Assembly: GCA_043814055.1 (NCBI GenBank)
Contig: JBDRKL010000010.1
Span: 20,685-84,684 of the forward strand
DNA length: 64,000 bases
Reading direction: 5' to 3'
Source of the DNA: an archaeon
Lineage (GTDB): Archaea; Undinarchaeota; Undinarchaeia; Undinarchaeales; JBDRKL01
This document shows positions 25,985 through 35,693 of this stretch, in pieces. Position 1 is the stretch's first letter, and each line of letters begins with the position of its first letter. Under the pieces are notes generated by a model. It did not search any database. It was not told where the DNA came from and was given only the letters and a program-made list of their open reading frames with translations. The translations under genes and the position numbers were made by a program.

Positions 25985-26886
25985 AGCAGCGGCGTAACAT
26001 ACACTTCAATGTATGATCCAAATATTATCAGCGCAATCGCAAGCCCAAGCAGAAGCCCAACATCCATTATTACCCGCGTAAAATGTTTTGTCCTATAATG
26101 ACGCCTTACTATTGATGCTGAAAATATTCCTCCTGCAATTGCTCCGACAAAGTAGCCGAGCACTTCAAAGATTCCGTGCACAAAGAAAGAGAAGAAGCTG
26201 ATTGGGAAGCCAGTGAAGTATGTCGCGGTTTTCAGGAATATGGAAGCTGTTGCTCCAACCATTCCGCGAATTAGGTTGCCTATGGCAACTCCAACCACCG
26301 CAGCGTTCCAAGTGAGAAGAAGTATTGCGCCTGCGCCGAAGACAAAGGCGAACGCCATAAAGAGGAAGAGTAGCCTCAGGTTGTTGAGCATTATGAGCTT
26401 TAGCATCGTGCCCTTGTTCGCAAACATCGCAGTCACTGCCATTCCGCTGGTCCCTATCAAGCTCCCAACTATTGTGGTCCGCAGGCTCTGTATCCTGAGC
26501 ACCTCTGTTATCTGGTCTGAGAATAATACCTGGACTAAGTGGTAGGGTAGCACGGTGAACCAGAAAGAAACCGCGATTATCATTCCAAAGAACATGAACA
26601 TGTACAGAAATATGACATCTGTGTGCCGCCCAAGTAAAGTTCCCTTGTCCACGAGCATTTCTTTTTCCTCTCTCATTAAAACCCTGTTGAGCAGCTGAAC
26701 AAGCGCAAGCGAGGTCAGGAACAGGAACCACGCGTTTATGTGCCCTGGGAATATGTATGTCGGCAGCCACTTTGACATCAGAAATGCTATAAAGAGCGAT
26801 ATGGTTGAAACTACAAAGCCCCAGAGTACCATATCTATTGGATGTCTTTCTGCTTTTTCCGCCCCGAGTAAGTCTTCAAGTACCAT
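25981..26886 (-). CDS. polytopic membrane protein, SpoIIM/DUF95-like (paralog 2)
   Basis: 301 aa. Its N-terminus MVLEDLLGAEKAERHPIDMVLWGF parallels the upstream paralog. Family assignment is tentative. Confidence 0.5.
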   Translation of the reverse strand: MVLEDLLGAEKAERHPIDMVLWGFVVSTISLFIAFLMSKWLPTYIFPGHINAWFLFLTSLALVQLLNRVLMREEKEMLVDKGTLLGRHTDVIFLYMFMFFGMIIAVSFWFTVLPYHLVQVLFSDQITEVLRIQSLRTTIVGSLIGTSGMAVTAMFANKGTMLKLIMLNNLRLLFLFMAFAFVFGAGAILLLTWNAAVVGVAIGNLIRGMVGATASIFLKTATYFTGFPISFFSFFVHGIFEVLGYFVGAIAGGIFSASIVRRHYRTKHFTRVIMDVGLLLGLAIALIIFGSYIEVYVTPLL

Positions 26887-27639
26887 TTAAGCTCCTAGTA
26901 TGTACGCCTTCGCCAGCGCGCTTATCACGACGAGCACGACAGCAAAGAATATCATTATCATGACATCCAGCAATATGTGCGGAAATGCCTTAGTCTTGTA
27001 ATGCTTCCGGATTATCGCGGCGGAGAGCATTCCTCCTGCTATCGCGCCAAGGGAGTAGCCCATTATTTCAGGAATTTCATAAAGCAGGACTCCTCCAATA
27101 CTAACTCCAGCGTAGGACTTTCTGATTATGCTTCCTATGAGCGCTGCGGTTATGGATGCATCCCACGCGAGCAAAAGGATTGCGCCTGCGCCGAACACGA
27201 ACGCGATAAGTATGAATGCAGAAAGTATCTTGAGATTCGTAAGCAATGCCAAGCTTGGGTCAACCGTGGTTGTTAACAAAGCGAGCTGATTGTTGAACAA
27301 GATTGCCCGCACAGCGTCCGGCACGAACAGGAACCACGCGGTGAATGAGGTCAACATTCCAAAGAACAGGAACACGTAATCGCTTATGACGTCAGCGTGC
27401 CGCTTAAAAAGTGATTTTTCCTTTATGTCAAATTCTTCCTGCTCTTCCCTAACCAGCACTCTATGTATGAGCGGCGCGAGCGCGAGCGTTGTGAGAAATA
27501 TTGACCAGCTGCTGGAGCCATTTGGAAATATATAATAAGCCAGCCAGGTGCCAAGTGAGGATACGAACAGCCCGAGGATGAACATGTCCCAAGGATGCCT
27601 TCTTATCTCATTGCTTGTGAAGAGTGATTCAAGTACCAT
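26887..27639 (-). CDS. polytopic membrane protein, SpoIIM/DUF95-like (paralog 1)
   Basis: 250 aa. MVLESLFTSNEIRRHPWDMFILGLF and a C-terminal IRKHYKTKAF block are shared with the neighbouring gene. Confidence 0.5.
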   Translation of the reverse strand: MVLESLFTSNEIRRHPWDMFILGLFVSSLGTWLAYYIFPNGSSSWSIFLTTLALAPLIHRVLVREEQEEFDIKEKSLFKRHADVISDYVFLFFGMLTSFTAWFLFVPDAVRAILFNNQLALLTTTVDPSLALLTNLKILSAFILIAFVFGAGAILLLAWDASITAALIGSIIRKSYAGVSIGGVLLYEIPEIMGYSLGAIAGGMLSAAIIRKHYKTKAFPHILLDVMIMIFFAVVLVVISALAKAYILGA

Positions 27640-27783
27640 TTAGAGCACCGCAAATTTTATTATCACGTACGCGAGCGCAAGGGTGACAGCCCAGAATACG
27701 ACTTTCATGCTGGCTTTGAGCGCTTTGTACATGAAAAGCCCTCCAAAGCCAATTACTGCAAGGAATATCACGAGGTCAATCAT
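27640..27783 (-). CDS. 47-aa small membrane protein (below the ORF-track cutoff)
   Basis: MIDLVIFLAVIGFGGLFMYKALKASMKVVFWAVTLALAYVIIKFAVL. Its TAA directly abuts the ATG of the next gene (TAAATG). It has two hydrophobic helices. Confidence 0.45.
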   Translation of the reverse strand: MIDLVIFLAVIGFGGLFMYKALKASMKVVFWAVTLALAYVIIKFAVL

Positions 27784-27842
27784 ACAAGCGCTTTTAGGCA
27801 AAGAGCCTCATATATAAGTTTCGCTCCGTGGTATGCAGTGAT

Positions 27843-29804
27843 TTATTTGCCAACTAGCCTGTCGTGCTCAGCAACCAGCTTGTCCACAACACTTGGGTCT
27901 GCTAGCGTGCTTGTGTCCCCAATCTGGTCCTCTTCATTCGTTGCAATCTTGCGCAGGATTCTCCTCATAATCTTGCCACTACGCGTCTTCGGCAGTGACG
28001 GTGCGAACTGGATTACGTCCGGCTTTGCAATCGGTCCAATCTCTGTCCTGACGTGTCCTTGCAGCTCCTTTGCCAGCTCATCGCTCGGCTCCCTGCCAGT
28101 CTTCAGCGTGACATACGCGTAAATCGCCTCGCCCTTGATGTCGTGTGGCATTGGCACAACAGCGGCCTCTGCGACAGCGTCGTGCGAAACAAGCGCAGAT
28201 TCAACTTCTGCAGTTCCCATCCTATGTCCTGACACATTCATAACATCGTCAACGCGACCCATTAGCCAGTAATAACCGTCGTCATCCTTCCTTGCGCTGT
28301 CCCCTGTAAAATATAGCCCTGGGAACATCTTGAAGTATGTGTCCCTAAAGCGTTGTTTGTCCTTATAGACTGTGCGCATCATACTTGGCCACGGCTTCTT
28401 TATCATAAGGTAGCCGCTCTCATTTGCTGCAACTTCCTCGCCCTTGTCATTTATTACTATTGGCTCAATCCCTGGGAACGGGAATGTTGCTGAACCAGGC
28501 TTGAGCGGAGTTGCTCCAGGCAGCGGTGTTATGAGTATTCCGCCTGTCTCGGTCTGCCACCAGGTGTCCAAGATTGGGCATCGCTCCTTTCCAACGTGCT
28601 TGTAATACCAGCGCCACGCCTCTGGGTTTATCGGTTCTCCAACCGAGCCAAGTATCCTGAGTGTTTTCATCTCGTGCTTGTCCGGCCAGGTCTCTCCATC
28701 TTTCATAAGTGCCCTAATTGCTGTCGGCGCAGTGTAGAATACCGTGACACCATATTTCTCAACAATCTTCCAGGCTCTGTCAGGCTCTGGGTAATTTGGT
28801 ACTGACTCAAACATTATGCTTGTTGCGCCTGCACACAGCGGACCGTAAATAATGTAGCTGTGTCCTGTAATCCAGCCAATGTCTGCTGTGCACCAATAAA
28901 CATCATTGTCCTTGTGGTCAAAAATCCACTTGAACGTGAGCGTTGTGTAAAGCATGTAGCCGCCGGTTGTGTGCAGAACTCCTTTTGGCTTGCCTGTGCT
29001 TCCGCTCGTGTACAGTATGAACAATGGGTCTTCTGCGTCCATTTCCTCAGCAACGCACTCTTCGCTCTGCTCTGCAATTGCATCGTGCCACCAGACATCC
29101 TTCTCGCTCATCTCAACATCAAGCCCGTCTTCTATGCGCTTCGCGACAACAACTTTTTCAATTGAAGGGCAGTTCGCGACAGCTGTGTCAGCGATCTGCT
29201 TTGCGTTTATGACCTTGCCTGCGCGGTAGTATCCGTTCGCTGTGAGCAGGACTTTGCACTTGCTGTCATTTATCCTGTTTGAGAGGGATTCAGCGCTGAA
29301 CCCGCCGAAAACTATGTTGTGTATGGCTCCAATGCGGGCGCACGCGAGCATTCCTATAGCGAGCTCAGGAATCATCGGCATGTAAATTGCAACTCGATCG
29401 CCTTTCTGCACGCCCATTCCCTTGAGCGCGTTGGCGAACTTGCATACCTCCTTGTGAAGCTCCGCGTAAGTGTATTTCTTCTCTGCGCCTGCCTCAGGCT
29501 CCCAAATAATCGCTGTCTTGTCCTTGTTGGAACCCTCTAAGTGCTTGTCCAGGCAGTTGTATGCTGCGTTGAGCTTGCCGCCCTCAAACCATGTGCACTC
29601 TGCCGTGTCCGGATTCCAGGAGTGGACATTGTCCCATTTCTTGAACCAGTGCAGGGTTTCCCCTGCCTTTTCAGCCCAGAACTTCTCAGGATCTGCGATT
29701 GACTCATCATAAATCTTCTGATATTCCTCCATGCTCTTGATGTGCGCGTTTGCGCTCAGCTCAGCCGGGGGGTTGAATATTTTTTCATTTGTTTCTTCTG
29801 TCAT
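27843..29804 (-). CDS. acs: acetyl-CoA synthetase (AMP-forming)
   Basis: 653 aa. YTSGSTGKPKG AMP-binding motif and WWQTETGG block, with full-length Acs architecture. Confidence 0.9.
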   Translation of the reverse strand: MTEETNEKIFNPPAELSANAHIKSMEEYQKIYDESIADPEKFWAEKAGETLHWFKKWDNVHSWNPDTAECTWFEGGKLNAAYNCLDKHLEGSNKDKTAIIWEPEAGAEKKYTYAELHKEVCKFANALKGMGVQKGDRVAIYMPMIPELAIGMLACARIGAIHNIVFGGFSAESLSNRINDSKCKVLLTANGYYRAGKVINAKQIADTAVANCPSIEKVVVAKRIEDGLDVEMSEKDVWWHDAIAEQSEECVAEEMDAEDPLFILYTSGSTGKPKGVLHTTGGYMLYTTLTFKWIFDHKDNDVYWCTADIGWITGHSYIIYGPLCAGATSIMFESVPNYPEPDRAWKIVEKYGVTVFYTAPTAIRALMKDGETWPDKHEMKTLRILGSVGEPINPEAWRWYYKHVGKERCPILDTWWQTETGGILITPLPGATPLKPGSATFPFPGIEPIVINDKGEEVAANESGYLMIKKPWPSMMRTVYKDKQRFRDTYFKMFPGLYFTGDSARKDDDGYYWLMGRVDDVMNVSGHRMGTAEVESALVSHDAVAEAAVVPMPHDIKGEAIYAYVTLKTGREPSDELAKELQGHVRTEIGPIAKPDVIQFAPSLPKTRSGKIMRRILRKIATNEEDQIGDTSTLADPSVVDKLVAEHDRLVGK

Positions 29805-29869
29805 TTAATTATACCTCTAGATTGTGATTTTTATGTTTTTATTAAGAATAGTATAAATAAGTTGTGCGG

Positions 29870-30433
29870 TTACTTGACCAACTCGCTAATCTTTTTGAAC
29901 TCATCATTCCCAGCCTCTTTAATCAGCTGGAACAGAATCATTTCAGTTGAAGCAATAAAACATCCAGATTGTCGCATTCTTTCCAAAGCGATTTGCGTGT
30001 TCTCTGCAGTTCTTGAAGATGTTGCGTCTGCAATCACGTGAACTTCCTTTCCAAGCGCGAGCGCGTCCAGCGCGGTTTTTAAAACGCAAACGTGCGCTTC
30101 AACCCCGAACAAAACAAGCGTTTCAATCTCAGCGGGAATGCTTGTATCAATCTCCTCAAGCTTTTTAGAAAAGGAATCGCAGTCAAAGCAGGAGAAGGAG
30201 ATTTTTTCAATAACTTCCTGGTTCTCCGGTAGTTCAAGCACGGTTTTGCCCAGGCCTTTCGGGTACTGCTCGGTCACGATGAGCGGGATGTTCAGAATTT
30301 CAGAAGCTTTGATTAAAATCTCCGCGTTCTTCTTAATCTTTTCAAACTCGTTAATAACTGGCTCAAATTTCTCCTGAAGGTCAATCAGGACAAATGCGGT
30401 TTTCTCGCGTTTTAGGATTCCAATTTTACTCAT
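29870..30433 (-). CDS. isochorismatase-family hydrolase
   Basis: 187 aa. TAFVLIDLQEKF start and GVEAHVCV catalytic-Cys block. Confidence 0.75.
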   Translation of the reverse strand: MSKIGILKREKTAFVLIDLQEKFEPVINEFEKIKKNAEILIKASEILNIPLIVTEQYPKGLGKTVLELPENQEVIEKISFSCFDCDSFSKKLEEIDTSIPAEIETLVLFGVEAHVCVLKTALDALALGKEVHVIADATSSRTAENTQIALERMRQSGCFIASTEMILFQLIKEAGNDEFKKISELVK

Positions 30434-30472
30434 ACAACTAATCTAATCTTCAATCCTTAAATAATTCTCGCT

Positions 30473-30922
30473 TTACGCAGCCGGCACTATTCTTTCAATC
30501 CACTTCTTGTCCGCGTAGAACCGAACATCCAGCTCAACCCCTGAGTCAAGGTCTGCCTCGTCAATCTCTTCCGGGACAATGAGCTCGTAGGTTTCAAATG
30601 TCTCAAGGTTCATCAGCTGAACTCTTGCCAGCTCGTTCGGCACGTTCGGGTCGTTGTGCTTCACGCTTGGAATGACTGAAAGAACCTGCGCCCGCTCTTT
30701 TTCAATAACCGGCTTTTCCATTTCCTTGTGGCCTGAGTAGGTCACTTCGCCGCCGCTACCTGTGAGTAGGTTGTTATACATTATGCGCACTTTGGCGTGG
30801 CCGTGCTTGCCTGGGGCTGATGTGCTTAGGTTCTTCACCTTGAAGATTTCATCGCCCTGTCCCTCTAGTAGTATTAAATCGCCTGGTTTCAATCTTGTTG
30901 CTGGTACTCCGCTTGTTGTCAT
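30473..30922 (-). CDS. eif5a: translation initiation factor 5A
   Basis: 149 aa with the hypusination-site motif STSAPGKHGHAKV. Confidence 0.9.
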   Translation of the reverse strand: MTTSGVPATRLKPGDLILLEGQGDEIFKVKNLSTSAPGKHGHAKVRIMYNNLLTGSGGEVTYSGHKEMEKPVIEKERAQVLSVIPSVKHNDPNVPNELARVQLMNLETFETYELIVPEEIDEADLDSGVELDVRFYADKKWIERIVPAA

Positions 30923-30997
30923 AGTGGACTTTGATTTATCTCAGTGGTATAAAAAGGTTTAGGCGGATTTAAATATGCACTCAACTTAGTTCTGCTT

Positions 30998-31885
30998 ATG
31001 TGGATTTACTACGTGCTACTGGCAGTAATGATGTGGTCTGTGAGCGACACCATAGCCAAGATAATGATTGACCACTTTGTAAAGCACCCGTTTAACCTGC
31101 TTATGTTCATTGGTTTGACTGCAGGGGGCGTTTCCCTTGCAACTGGTATGGTGGCGGGCGGTTTCTCAGCCCCGTGGCCTGCCCCGGTTGCACTGGCTGG
31201 TGGCCTGCTATGGTTTCTTGGCTCAACAACCTATATGAAGGCGCTTGAAGTTGAGGAGCTTTCAAGAGTTGCTCCACTTATTTTCATAAAGCCAATAGTT
31301 GTGCTGGTAATTGCATACTTCCTGCTCGGCGAGGTGTTCACACTGCCAAAATACGCAGGCATCGCAGTCCTCTTAGTAGGTGCAGTGCTTCTGACACTCA
31401 GAAGAGAGGGGAATCTGCTCAAGAAAAGCTCTGCAATAAAATACGTCGCCGGATTCGTGCTTGCCTGGGGACTGCTTGACGTGTTCGCAAAATATTACCT
31501 TGACAATTACGTGTCTTTCCTGGGCTGGATAACCTACTTCCTGATGGGCATTGCGCTGAGCACTTCTGTGTTCTGGCTCTCAAAGGAAATGCGCGCAGGC
31601 TTTTTTGTCTCGTTCAGCCCGCCAAAAGTTTTCATTGCCGAGCTTGTTGGTGCGCTGTTCATAATGCTCGCGATGTTCCCGTTCGCATACGCGCTCACTC
31701 TTGGGCCTGTCACGCTCATCTCTGCTGCGAACGCGACCCAGACGCTTTTCACTGTTCTGCTGGCTAGCGCAGTGACACTTTTTATGCCGAAGATGCTCAG
31801 CGAGGGCATTGACAAAAAATCAATCCTGTTAAAGTTCATTGCAGTTGCATTGATAATCCTTGGAGTTTACCTGGTGAGCATATGA
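30998..31885 (+). CDS. EamA/DMT-family transporter
   Basis: 295 aa, about 10 TM segments, with the typical two-halves EamA architecture. Confidence 0.65.
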   Translation: MWIYYVLLAVMMWSVSDTIAKIMIDHFVKHPFNLLMFIGLTAGGVSLATGMVAGGFSAPWPAPVALAGGLLWFLGSTTYMKALEVEELSRVAPLIFIKPIVVLVIAYFLLGEVFTLPKYAGIAVLLVGAVLLTLRREGNLLKKSSAIKYVAGFVLAWGLLDVFAKYYLDNYVSFLGWITYFLMGIALSTSVFWLSKEMRAGFFVSFSPPKVFIAELVGALFIMLAMFPFAYALTLGPVTLISAANATQTLFTVLLASAVTLFMPKMLSEGIDKKSILLKFIAVALIILGVYLVSI

Positions 31886-32316
31886 AACTGGTGCTTGACG
31901 CCTCGGCGATCATAAATGGCTTCAGCGAAGAAGGCGAGCTAATGACCACGCTTGCGGTTTCAAAAGAAATAGGCGACCGAGATATCGGTGAGGTTGTAGT
32001 GCGGAACCCTAAAGAGGAATTCGTGCAAATTGTGGCTGAAAAAGTGAAAGAAAAGAACGACAACCTCTCAGAGCAGGACATCGGACTGCTCGCGCTCGCT
32101 CTTGAGTTCAAAGCGCAAGTAGTCACGGACGACTACGGCATACAGAACATCGCGAAGCTTTTAGGCATCAAGTTTATTCCAATTGCTCAGGAAGGAATCA
32201 AGGAAGTTCTCAAATGGCAATATTACTGCCCAGGGTGCAGAAAGCACTACAAACAAGACGGGGTTTGCGGGGTTTGCGGGACTGGGCTGAAGCGGAGAGC
32301 CAAGGAAAGTATATAA
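31882..32316 (+). CDS. nob1: Nob1-like endonuclease (PIN domain plus Zn ribbon)
   Basis: 144 aa. LVLDASAII PIN start, VVTDDYGIQN, and a C-terminal CPGCRKHY...CGVCG ribbon. Confidence 0.7.
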   Translation: MKLVLDASAIINGFSEEGELMTTLAVSKEIGDRDIGEVVVRNPKEEFVQIVAEKVKEKNDNLSEQDIGLLALALEFKAQVVTDDYGIQNIAKLLGIKFIPIAQEGIKEVLKWQYYCPGCRKHYKQDGVCGVCGTGLKRRAKESI

Positions 32317-32348
32317 ACAGTGGAGGTCATCTTTTTTTGGGAGCAAGA

Positions 32349-33026
32349 ATGGTCAAACTATGTAGTAATGCGTATGCTGGGTTTTTTCCCAGATTGCTAG
32401 GCATTTTAATGCTCTTTTCCCTGTTATTACAATTGCCGGTTCTAGCAGCTGATTCCCCTGCTGGCACTTCGCTTGAAGCATCCCCGGGCAATACCCTTGA
32501 TCTTAGCCTTAACTCTGTGCCATACACCCTAACTATTACAGAAGTTGATGTCAGCTCTGTCACATTGACAATTAGGTCAGAAACTACCAAGATGTTCGTG
32601 AAGTTTTTTGACAGCATAACGCTGGACATTGATGAGGACTCTGTGAACGACCTGAGCCTTGTGATAGAAAGCACCCAAGACGGCAAATCGCTCCTAAGAA
32701 TAGAGGAATTAAATCCCAGTATCACAGAGAGCAGCAGCTTAACCGGCTCTTTAACCCAATTAAGCAGAAAGGCCATAAATACCATCATCAAAAAAGTGGC
32801 AGTACCATTACAGGGCTTGGACACAGAAAGAAGCGAGAGGGTATTAAGTAATGGGCAAGCAGAAGCTGGCGCAGCGCACACCCCAACGGGCATGATATCT
32901 TTGCTTGGGCTAGGGTTGAGCGCAGGCGCAGTAATCGGCGCAGCGCTATTGATAGGGTTGCTGGTAGCGATGAGGGAAAAAAGTTTCAAGGAAACCAGAG
33001 AAGGCAGGACGGGGGGAGTTAAATGA
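32349..33026 (+). CDS. secreted protein with a C-terminal membrane anchor
   Basis: 225 aa from ATG 32349. Signal peptide LGILMLFSLLLQLPVLAADS. C-terminal PTGMISLLGLGLSAGAVIGAALLIGLLVAMREK. ATGA overlap with the next gene. The upstream extension to 32214 overlaps nob1 and is rejected. Confidence 0.6.
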   Translation: MVKLCSNAYAGFFPRLLGILMLFSLLLQLPVLAADSPAGTSLEASPGNTLDLSLNSVPYTLTITEVDVSSVTLTIRSETTKMFVKFFDSITLDIDEDSVNDLSLVIESTQDGKSLLRIEELNPSITESSSLTGSLTQLSRKAINTIIKKVAVPLQGLDTERSERVLSNGQAEAGAAHTPTGMISLLGLGLSAGAVIGAALLIGLLVAMREKSFKETREGRTGGVK

Positions 33027-35209
33027 GGCAGGAAGGCGCGCTACAGGTGCTACTTACGCTAATTGCCCTGATTTTTTTCAGCATGGTGGTTCAAGGCGCT
33101 TTTGCAGCTTCTTACACTGTTCGGGTTGAGGATGCCGCCCTCACTACTGATGTCTATAAGCAGCCTGGTGACTTTGTTAATATTGTAATATGGGCTTCTT
33201 CTTCTGGCTCGGCTTCGCTCTCATATAACAATGATTTGAAGCTGGTGGGCGGCGATTCCAATAGTGTATCTTTGTCTTTGGGCAGGAATGTACTGAAATT
33301 TTATATCCCTGAAGATGCGGATACCGGCTTTTATTCCGTGACTGTTGGCTCAACCACTGTGAGCTTTAAAGTCATTACAAATCCTTCGCTGATTATTATT
33401 ACACACCGCAACAGGCTTTTTCAGCGGTATGGTCAGAACTCAAACAGCCAGAGCGGCACTGTAATTTCTCTTTTGGCAAAGGCGTATGAAAAGGCCGACG
33501 ATGGCAACGGCATTGTGTATGACCTCGGCAATTTTGATTCCATGCCTGAATACCTCTGGAGCTCTTATTCCCAATATTCAGAGGAGCCGCTTTCCCCTGA
33601 AGAACTTGACAATTCCTATGCCGTAAGCGCAGGCATTTTCGTGCAGAGCAGGTGCAAGGCGCCAAACTGCGAGAACGTGCTGGTCCTTGGTGATGACTAT
33701 GTCGTCCCGTATTACAGGCGAAGCGTGACAATGACACAGGGCTGGCTGTGGAACCAAGGGGAAGCTACTGAAACAATTTACACAGACCTTTCATATATCC
33801 CAACAAAACGCATGTACTTTTCTGACCTGGACTCGCTTTTTCCCGGCTCCCAAGTGACGATTGTCACGCCGAGTTATGTAAGTTCCGAGTTGAATAACCA
33901 GATTAACGACCTAAAGAACGATCTTAAGTCAGAATACAATGTGGTTGTTAACATCAAGAGTTCTTACAACCTTGCCTGCAATTCCTACCTTGAACTTGGC
34001 GGCACGTTGGTTACAAAAAACCTGATTCTGATAGGTAATGCTGACAACAACAGGGCAATCGCCTGCCTGCCATGGGTTGAGAGCGGGGAGTCAACGATTT
34101 CAATCGAGCGGAACGTGTGGGGCAACAAGGGCAGTGCGATTGTCTTGGAGACCGACGGAAAAAGGCTGGACAGCATCCTAACGCTGAGGAAGCTGATGGC
34201 AGAGCAGGACAAAGATGAGTTTGATTTTGGGAGTGCTGTTGTTGCATGTTTATGGGACGGAAAGTTTGAGGGCGAGCACCCGATGATGCAGGAAGTCAGC
34301 TGCAATATGATTCCCATTGTCGAGCTTGCACCAGACTTCAGGGACTCAATAAAGTGCCTGCTGGAGTCTGAAAAAACAACCATTGATGAGTTTGTCTGTA
34401 AAGTAAACCACTTTGCAACCTTTTATGATCTTGCCGGATATGGGGCTGCTTTCGTCAGTTTTGGCGCTGGCGGGGTGGCTGCCGAGGTCGGAGATACTGG
34501 CGTTTCTGTCTTGAAGGTTGGCTTGAAGAACGCCGCAGAGGGAATTAATGACCCCAAGGTTTTGAAAGCTGCGGCTGATTCTTTCGATGGGTTGTCAATA
34601 ACAAAGAAGGTTAAGCATACTAGTAGCCTGGCGGATATTGTGTACAAGAACCCTGCGAAGTATGAGGAACTAACCGAATCTTGGATTAAAATAATTTCCA
34701 AAGGGGACGGTGTCACGACCACCACTTTTAAGGCAATTGATATTGACGTAGTGGATGTTAAGCATTTGATGCCGGACAAGTTCGCTGATTACGCAGAGGG
34801 CGTGAAAATTGCAGGCTATGCCGATCCTTTGACAGACGGCGCAGGGGTTCATAAAGTGGTGAAGGCATTTAATGCTCCCGGAGTAGTCACGAATGTCATT
34901 GATCCGGGCTCTGTCGTTGTTAAACAGATAGATGGGATGGCGATACTGAAACAAGGAGAGCATATAGGACCTAACAGTGGGTTTGGCCAGGTGCATATGG
35001 TGAAAGAAGGTCATTATGACCAAATTAAAAATGCGTTTGGCCTTGCGGATAATAACAAGGCAGTGGATGAATTCATCCAGGAGGGGTTGGAGAAAGGGAC
35101 GAAGTCAGGTAATACGATCACTTGGGATGTACCCAACAATGAACACAATCTGAAAATCATTTTAAGTGACACGTCTCCCGGCAGCATTCAAATAGCTCGT
35201 CCCGATTAA
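33023..35209 (+). CDS. secreted 728-aa protein of unknown function
   Basis: Signal peptide LLTLIALIFFSMVVQGAFA. A middle region (IIITHRNRLF...VLVLGDDYVVPYY) is reminiscent of gingipain/C25-type non-catalytic subdomains. There is a Gly/Ala hydrophobic stretch near aa 470 and a distinct C-terminal ~230 aa. Confidence 0.6.
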   Translation: MRQEGALQVLLTLIALIFFSMVVQGAFAASYTVRVEDAALTTDVYKQPGDFVNIVIWASSSGSASLSYNNDLKLVGGDSNSVSLSLGRNVLKFYIPEDADTGFYSVTVGSTTVSFKVITNPSLIIITHRNRLFQRYGQNSNSQSGTVISLLAKAYEKADDGNGIVYDLGNFDSMPEYLWSSYSQYSEEPLSPEELDNSYAVSAGIFVQSRCKAPNCENVLVLGDDYVVPYYRRSVTMTQGWLWNQGEATETIYTDLSYIPTKRMYFSDLDSLFPGSQVTIVTPSYVSSELNNQINDLKNDLKSEYNVVVNIKSSYNLACNSYLELGGTLVTKNLILIGNADNNRAIACLPWVESGESTISIERNVWGNKGSAIVLETDGKRLDSILTLRKLMAEQDKDEFDFGSAVVACLWDGKFEGEHPMMQEVSCNMIPIVELAPDFRDSIKCLLESEKTTIDEFVCKVNHFATFYDLAGYGAAFVSFGAGGVAAEVGDTGVSVLKVGLKNAAEGINDPKVLKAAADSFDGLSITKKVKHTSSLADIVYKNPAKYEELTESWIKIISKGDGVTTTTFKAIDIDVVDVKHLMPDKFADYAEGVKIAGYADPLTDGAGVHKVVKAFNAPGVVTNVIDPGSVVVKQIDGMAILKQGEHIGPNSGFGQVHMVKEGHYDQIKNAFGLADNNKAVDEFIQEGLEKGTKSGNTITWDVPNNEHNLKIILSDTSPGSIQIARPD

Positions 35210-35222
35210 GCCTTAGCAATCC

Positions 35223-35693
35223 ATGAAAAACACATACAACACTCAAATATTGGATATAATTCCTTCGACAGTAGATGAAGGGAAAGGGCGGATTATAGAT
35301 GGTTATGTAAAATTAAAAATAAATGACATTGAATTTTGGGCTTTTGCTTTAGAGGATTGGAGAACAGGCAAATGGTCTCTGTCTATGAAGGGCTCCAATT
35401 TATCATTAAAACTTAGTTTTTTGAATCTAAACATACAAGCATCTGAAAAAAAGATTAAACAAATAGTTCCAATACCAAATCAGAAAAAACCCTGTGATTA
35501 CATAATTTATGGCGAAGTTGTTGATAAAGTGCCTTCGTCAAAACTTCCTGATAAATATGAGCGACTTCAGGTTGGATGTGGCTTTGTAGTAGGTGGTGTC
35601 AGTGTAGCTAAGAATCAATTCAAAATCGGCGACTACATCCAGGCAGAAGGCCGCTTGGACGCTTACCGCGTGAAGGAGGCAGATGAACTCTAA
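35223..35693 (+). CDS. hypothetical cytoplasmic protein (AT-rich gene)
   Basis: 156 aa with no signal peptide. It lies 13 nt after the upstream stop and overlaps the giant gene start by 11 nt. Confidence 0.5.
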   Translation: MKNTYNTQILDIIPSTVDEGKGRIIDGYVKLKINDIEFWAFALEDWRTGKWSLSMKGSNLSLKLSFLNLNIQASEKKIKQIVPIPNQKKPCDYIIYGEVVDKVPSSKLPDKYERLQVGCGFVVGGVSVAKNQFKIGDYIQAEGRLDAYRVKEADEL

